From the NCBI GenBank assembly GCA_031411295.1, contig JANOAV010000102.1:1-20953 (forward strand): a stretch of DNA of 20,953 nucleotides, in the 5' to 3' direction. Positions 17,101 to 20,953 of the stretch are shown piece after piece. This DNA is from Verrucomicrobiales bacterium (GTDB lineage Bacteria > Verrucomicrobiota > Verrucomicrobiia > Verrucomicrobiales > V1-33). Every line of letters begins with the position of its first letter. The first letter of the stretch is position 1. The notes below the pieces were generated by a model. The model ran no database searches, was not told the origin of the DNA, and worked only from the letters and a program-made list of their open reading frames with translations. The translations under genes were made by a program, and so were the position numbers.

Positions 17101-19298
17101 TGGGAGCGCTGGGCACAACTACCCTGGCAGCCGGTGCTAGCACGTCCTTCACCGTCAGCTTCACCCCAGGTGCGCTGGGCGTGCGGCAGGCCTCCATCCA
17201 CATTGCCAGCAGCGTCACGGGCACCGCCAATCCCTTCGACATTAACGTGAATGGCGTGGGCGTTGCGGCTCCGGCAAACAACAATTTTGCCAGCCGGATC
17301 AATCTCGGCTCAGTGGCCACCGTGGATACCACTGGAACGAACGTGGGAGCGACGCTGGAAGCGAATGAACTGACGTATGGTGGCTTGGCGGGAGCTTCCG
17401 TCTGGTATGAATGGACGGCTCCAGCCACGGGATGGACGACCATTCACACCTCCGGCACGGAATTAGATACCGTGATTGCCCTTTATACCGGCACCACGCT
17501 GGCGGGCCTGACAGAGTTGGGCTTCAACGATTCCAGTAGCCGTAACGGGGACACCGGTAATGATGCCTCACGGCTGGTATTCATGGCCCAATCCGGGACG
17601 AGCTATAAGATCGCAGTAGCGGGATATGCGTCCACTGGCTACGCCCCGGATCGGGATACGTTCCAACTACATATCGCGGCGGAGCCGACGCCAGACTTCT
17701 TCGTAACCGCTATGAGTTTTACCCCGGCTTCCGCTAACGTCACCACCGCCACCAAGGATGTGAATTTGCAAATCTCAGTCACTTCCACCGCCCCTTTGTT
17801 CAGTGCTGGAGGAGAAGGTTATTTGGACGGGACGTTGCTGTCGCCAAGTCAACAACGTTATGGAAATGGGGTCGATATCTACTATCAAGCTACAGACCGC
17901 ACTTCCGGCAGTAGCACTAACGGGACCTATGTCCGAACAGCCACCATCCCACGATACGTAACAGCTGGAAGCTGGTCCTTGCGGCTGGGCACGGGTGCTA
18001 GTGAAGTGCGTTGGACCACCCCTGGAAATGATTTGCAGCCAGACGACTACCTCATCCCATCCTCCATTGCCGCCGCCCTCACAGTGACAAATACTGGCAC
18101 CGCAGATACCGTAGCCCCCACGCTCGTCAGCATCAGCGGCCTGCCAGAGGTGGTGGACGTGACGGGAGGAGACGTTAGTTTCAATGTGGACATTACCTTT
18201 ACCGATGCCACAGCGGGGCTGGGCGATATTTTTCTCTCCGCAACCTCCCCTGCCAATCATTCGGGAATAGGATTGGATTCTGCCACGGCCTCAACCTTGA
18301 TATCCGGGTCCGTGAACAGCGGGGTCTATCGCGTGCCAATCACGGTTAACCAAGGCACCACAACAGGCATTTATTTCCTCTCCATTCAAATGATCGACCA
18401 AGCGTTGAACAGCATAGGCTATGGGGATGCTAGTGGAGGCAGCCCCATCCCCCGCACCAGCGGCGGCCATTCCTTTCAAGTCATCGGTGTCACTCCTGAG
18501 CCCACCTTGGAGGTGTCCCAAGATGCCCTCAGCCTCACGGATGGCACGAGCACCGTAGATTTTGGAAATGTTACTTCCCCAGGCACGCAAACGCTCTCTT
18601 TCACCCTTAATAATTCCGGCACCGCAGCCCTCTCCAACCTCGCCCTCAGCGTGGATGGGACCAACAGCACGGATTTCACCTTCAGTGCGTTGAGCGATCT
18701 CACCGTGAACCAGTCTAACTCCACCAGTTTCACCGTCACCTTCACTCCCTCGGGAAATGGCATCCGCAGCGCAGTTCTGCATGTTACCAGCAACATTGTC
18801 GGCCCCCAGAATCCGTTTGATATTAACCTCACGGGCATGGGCAGTGTCGCGAGCGGCATCGCAAGCTGGCGCCAAACGCATTTCTCCAGTTCCGCTAACA
18901 GCGGAGCCGGGGCCAATGACGCGGATCCAAATGGAAATGGCATCCTCAACTTCATGGAATATGCTCTAGGTGGCGATCCCGCCGGACATACCACTGGCCA
19001 GGAAATCCTACCGCAGGGCTCACGAAACGTAGCGCTAAATTGCCTGCAAATCTCCTTCACCCGATACCTAGACCGCACAGATCTCACCCTCATCGTCCAA
19101 GCAGGGGACACCCTAGCAGGGCCATGGACAGACTTAGCGCAAAGCATCAATGGAGCAGGCTTCACCATCGTCACCCCCGGCACCACCTTCACGGACGCCG
19201 GGGCCGGAGCCACCCGTGTCGTCACGGTGTGCGATCTCTTCCAAACGAATAACCCCGCCCATACTCACCGCTTCATGCGGCTGAAGGTCACCCAGTGA
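14169..19298 (+). CDS. Large secreted/surface protein: LamG-like domain, 12 NHL repeats, two choice-of-anchor D/ASH Ig-like domains, PPC-like domain, verrucomicrobial-type C-terminal domain
   Basis: Signal peptide. YEFSGNLTD...VVTRN...YLNG...GEVNQIRIY is LamG-like. Twelve F..P.G.A.D..GN.YVAD..N..IRK repeats. Two VDFG...FT..N.GTA.L..L...FTV.FTP...NPFDIN units. NNNFASR...SVWYEWTAP...DTVIALYTG is PPC-like. Ends DADPNGNGILNFMEYALGGDP...RFMRLKVTQ. Confidence 0.9.
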   Translation: MTFLVPFFRHLLGILAVVVGSATAEAAVLIRDYEFSGNLTDTKGGPALVANGGTIKSASYAFAAQQGLTLSSWTSVANDKGNYTLDISCKITTTNGLGAKVGKLVDVKNLTSDDGFYRFGETSAINWYNGTDPTGGDNAGIAGTFPLNLYVRAVVTRNAATKALVGYLNGAVQFSITDTFDTGLFDAANSVMRFFQDDSSTTGTEFATGEVNQIRIYSGPMTAAEVAALGGAKAVPSDPSANGVYAWTNLAGTPSGVGSANGTGTVARFYDPTGVAMDTAGNIYVADMDNHTIRKVTPAGVVTTVAGAAGISGSADGTAGAARFYRPTGVALDSTATNLYIADSNNTIRKLVVASGVVTTLAGKADSSGSTDGTGAAARFDGPEGIAVSSSGNLYVADSGNTIRKVVIATGVVSTIAGTAGFSGNTDGVGAAARFNEPKGVVLDSAGTTLYIADQDNNSIRKLVLASATVSRLAGSATGISGSADGSADNARFASPTGIGLDSSGNIFVADTDNNTIRKVTSTGTVTTLAGASLPDGSGQGTADGTGTAARFNTPIGITVNASGTLAVADRDNQTIRTINTTTAVVTTLAGSPPAFAATNAAGSGARFKSPFGLALDTAGNVYVADELNHLIRKVSSAGVVTTLAGTSGVAGSTNATGTAAKFFGPNGVAVDIFGNVYVADTYNHLIRKITAAGAVTTLAGSVGTAGSVDGTGVAAQFNHPGGLAVDGSGNVYVADSDNQTIRKITAGGVVTTLAGRAGSVGNSDGVAAGARFTLPVGIAVDGNGNLYIGDEDGHTIRKLTPGGIVSTLAGSAGSSGYQDGIGSDVQFDGPDGVAVDAYGNVFVADHSNNAIRKITASGVVTTIGGNVSAVAGGADGLGSAAYFYKPEGIVVSSTGVLYVSDADNNRITKGTLSTAANIAVTLGGYDSQTDGINSVDFGYNSTAGPITQTFTITNTGTATLTGLALAKDGTSSADFTLGALGTTTLAAGASTSFTVSFTPGALGVRQASIHIASSVTGTANPFDINVNGVGVAAPANNNFASRINLGSVATVDTTGTNVGATLEANELTYGGLAGASVWYEWTAPATGWTTIHTSGTELDTVIALYTGTTLAGLTELGFNDSSSRNGDTGNDASRLVFMAQSGTSYKIAVAGYASTGYAPDRDTFQLHIAAEPTPDFFVTAMSFTPASANVTTATKDVNLQISVTSTAPLFSAGGEGYLDGTLLSPSQQRYGNGVDIYYQATDRTSGSSTNGTYVRTATIPRYVTAGSWSLRLGTGASEVRWTTPGNDLQPDDYLIPSSIAAALTVTNTGTADTVAPTLVSISGLPEVVDVTGGDVSFNVDITFTDATAGLGDIFLSATSPANHSGIGLDSATASTLISGSVNSGVYRVPITVNQGTTTGIYFLSIQMIDQALNSIGYGDASGGSPIPRTSGGHSFQVIGVTPEPTLEVSQDALSLTDGTSTVDFGNVTSPGTQTLSFTLNNSGTAALSNLALSVDGTNSTDFTFSALSDLTVNQSNSTSFTVTFTPSGNGIRSAVLHVTSNIVGPQNPFDINLTGMGSVASGIASWRQTHFSSSANSGAGANDADPNGNGILNFMEYALGGDPAGHTTGQEILPQGSRNVALNCLQISFTRYLDRTDLTLIVQAGDTLAGPWTDLAQSINGAGFTIVTPGTTFTDAGAGATRVVTVCDLFQTNNPAHTHRFMRLKVTQ
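14898..16901 (+). repeat. 12 intragenic NHL repeats of about 55 aa (probably two six-bladed beta-propellers)
   Basis: Counted directly from the translation. Confidence 0.88.
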
Positions 19299-19757
19299 AG
19301 TCACGTTAGCCTTTCTTTGTCTTAGGTTACACCATTCGAACTGATTTGCTGGCTATAACCTCCACCGATAATCATGAAACTAACCCGCTCTTGTTTTAAT
19401 CTTTCGCCTACCTCATTGTGTCGATAGCGAGCCTCACCAATTCGTTGGACGCTCAGTCCATGCCCCAGGACCATTGGCGATATGCATTGACAAAAAGACA
19501 TGCCTTAAGGAAAGCAAGATGGGCCAGCCTTAATACACACTTGCGCCCAGATTCTTGAAGGGAGTGGCGCAGGATCAGGGGCTAACTAAGAGTGCGCTGG
19601 CAGCTGCCCGATGAAGCTGGTGCGGTGGATTGGCTAACGCAGATGGTGGAAATGCCGCTGGGGACCACCGGAGGGAGGCTCGCAGCTATTCACTCCCAGT
19701 GTGCAGGCCGCATTTACGGAGTCATAACTCTGCCGATTCCTGATATATACTTGCATC

Positions 19758-20825
19758 ATGAAGACCGTCCATGCGCTCACAGCCTTTTCCTTACTCTCCC
19801 TGCTGATTCCAGTTGTTTCCTCTGCTGCCGATATTTCGCCAGAGGGGCTGAAATTCTTTGAGGCCAAAATCCGCCCGATTCTAGCCACGGCCTGCTACAA
19901 GTGTCACAGTCAGGCGGACGGCAAGACCAAGGGCGGGCTGGCCTTGGATAGCAAGGCCGGTTGGACTAAAGGAGGGGAGACCGGCCCTGCCATCGTGCCG
20001 GGAGATCCCGACCAGAGCCTGTTGATCAAAGCGGTGCGCTACACCGATGAAGACATGCAAATGCCGCCATCCCAAAGCGGCAAACAACTCCAGCCCTCGC
20101 AGATTGCCGACCTCGAAGCCTGGGTGAAAATGGGCGCGCCGGATCCTCGCAGCGTGGCTGCCCCGCGGGCGGACATTGCCAAAATTGCCAGCGGACTAAC
20201 CGAAGAGATGCAGGAGAAAGCCAAGACCCACTGGGCCTATCAGCCCATCAAGGCACCGCCCGTTCCCGAGACCAAGGACAAGGTTTGGGGCAATACCCCG
20301 GTCGATCAATTCATTTTAGCCAAGCTTGAAGAGAAAGGACTAACGCCTTCCCCGGCAGCCGACAAACGCACGCTCATCCGCCGAGCTACCATTGACCTCA
20401 TCGGCTTGCCACCCACGCCGCAGGAAGTGCTGGATTTCGTGAAAGACGAATCCCCCGACGCCTTCAACAAAGTAATCGACCGACTCCTGGCCAGTCCGCA
20501 GTATGGAGAACGCTGGGGCCGCTTCTGGCTGGATGTGGCGCGGTATGCGGACACCCGGGGCGAACCCAAGAAAGACACGTCACCACTGAGTCCGTTCGCT
20601 TGGACCTATCGCGATTACGTTATCAAGGCGCTTAACTCTGACCGGCCGTTCGATCAATTTATCAAAGAGCAAATTGCCGCCGACCAATTGCCCACCGCCA
20701 CCACCCAGCCCGGCACCTTGGCGGCACTGGGTTTCCTGACCCAAGGAGATCAGTTTCAGGGGAATCGCAATGACATCATCAATGATCAAATTGACGTCGT
20801 CTGCAAAGGGTTCCTAGTGGTTTAA
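19758..20825 (+). pseudogene. Planctomycete cytochrome c (PSCyt1) plus DUF1549 protein, truncated before the second heme motif and DUF1553
   Basis: Signal peptide; FFEAKIRPILATACYKCH...MPP; HWAYQP, PVDQFI, LIRRATIDLIGLPPT, YGERWGRFWLDVARYADT and YRDYVI. Stops at KGFLVV* where the family normally continues FLGLTxxCAxCHDHK. Confidence 0.8.
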
Positions 20826-20953
20826 ATCAGCAGACTTGAAGGGTAAAGTCTACGCAGCTTTATGCGAGCGTCACTGGTGGTAAATTGCCAATCCGTGCCA
20901 ACTTGCATTTGATTCCTGCGTTGCTCCCAAGCAGCCAACTCTCGCTGCATGGT

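Noticed and set aside
14154..19225. Several minus-strand ORFs of 140-249 aa inside the NHL-repeat gene
   Set aside because: Antisense shadows caused by biased codon and amino-acid usage of the sense gene.
19592..19888. Short ORFs 19592..19861 (+) and 19634..19888 (-)
   Set aside because: They overlap the start of the PSCyt1/DUF1549 gene and show no motifs or signals.

Overview
GC-rich bacterial chromosomal segment, most likely from Verrucomicrobiota or a related PVC lineage. This is inferred from PEP-CTERM proteins, planctomycete-type cytochrome c domains and a verrucomicrobial-style C-terminal domain. From left to right: (1) a tandem array of at least three paralogous PEP-CTERM surface-protein genes, in which copies 1 and 2 share identical 5' and 3' blocks around a strongly diverged middle; (2) ordinary-looking genes encoding a SHOCT/DUF4870 membrane protein, a DUF1460 amidase-like lipoprotein, a cytochrome c-FGE/SUMF1 fusion, a Lon N-domain protein, a PL3-like beta-helix protein, a YnbE/YdbL-like lipoprotein, an MFS transporter, a beta-CASP nuclease, a hypothetical protein and RlmF; (3) a patch of mobile DNA at about 13.19-13.95 kb, made of an inverted REP doublet, the 3' tail of a RAYT/Y1-type transposase gene and an IS66 left end with a truncated tnpA; (4) a tandemly duplicated, structured leader (115-nt offset) with one compensatory base-pair change, directly upstream of a 1709-aa secreted protein with 12 NHL repeats; (5) a PSCyt1/DUF1549 gene cut off right after a CTAG at the right edge. 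All family assignments come from motif recognition by eye; no database searches were run.
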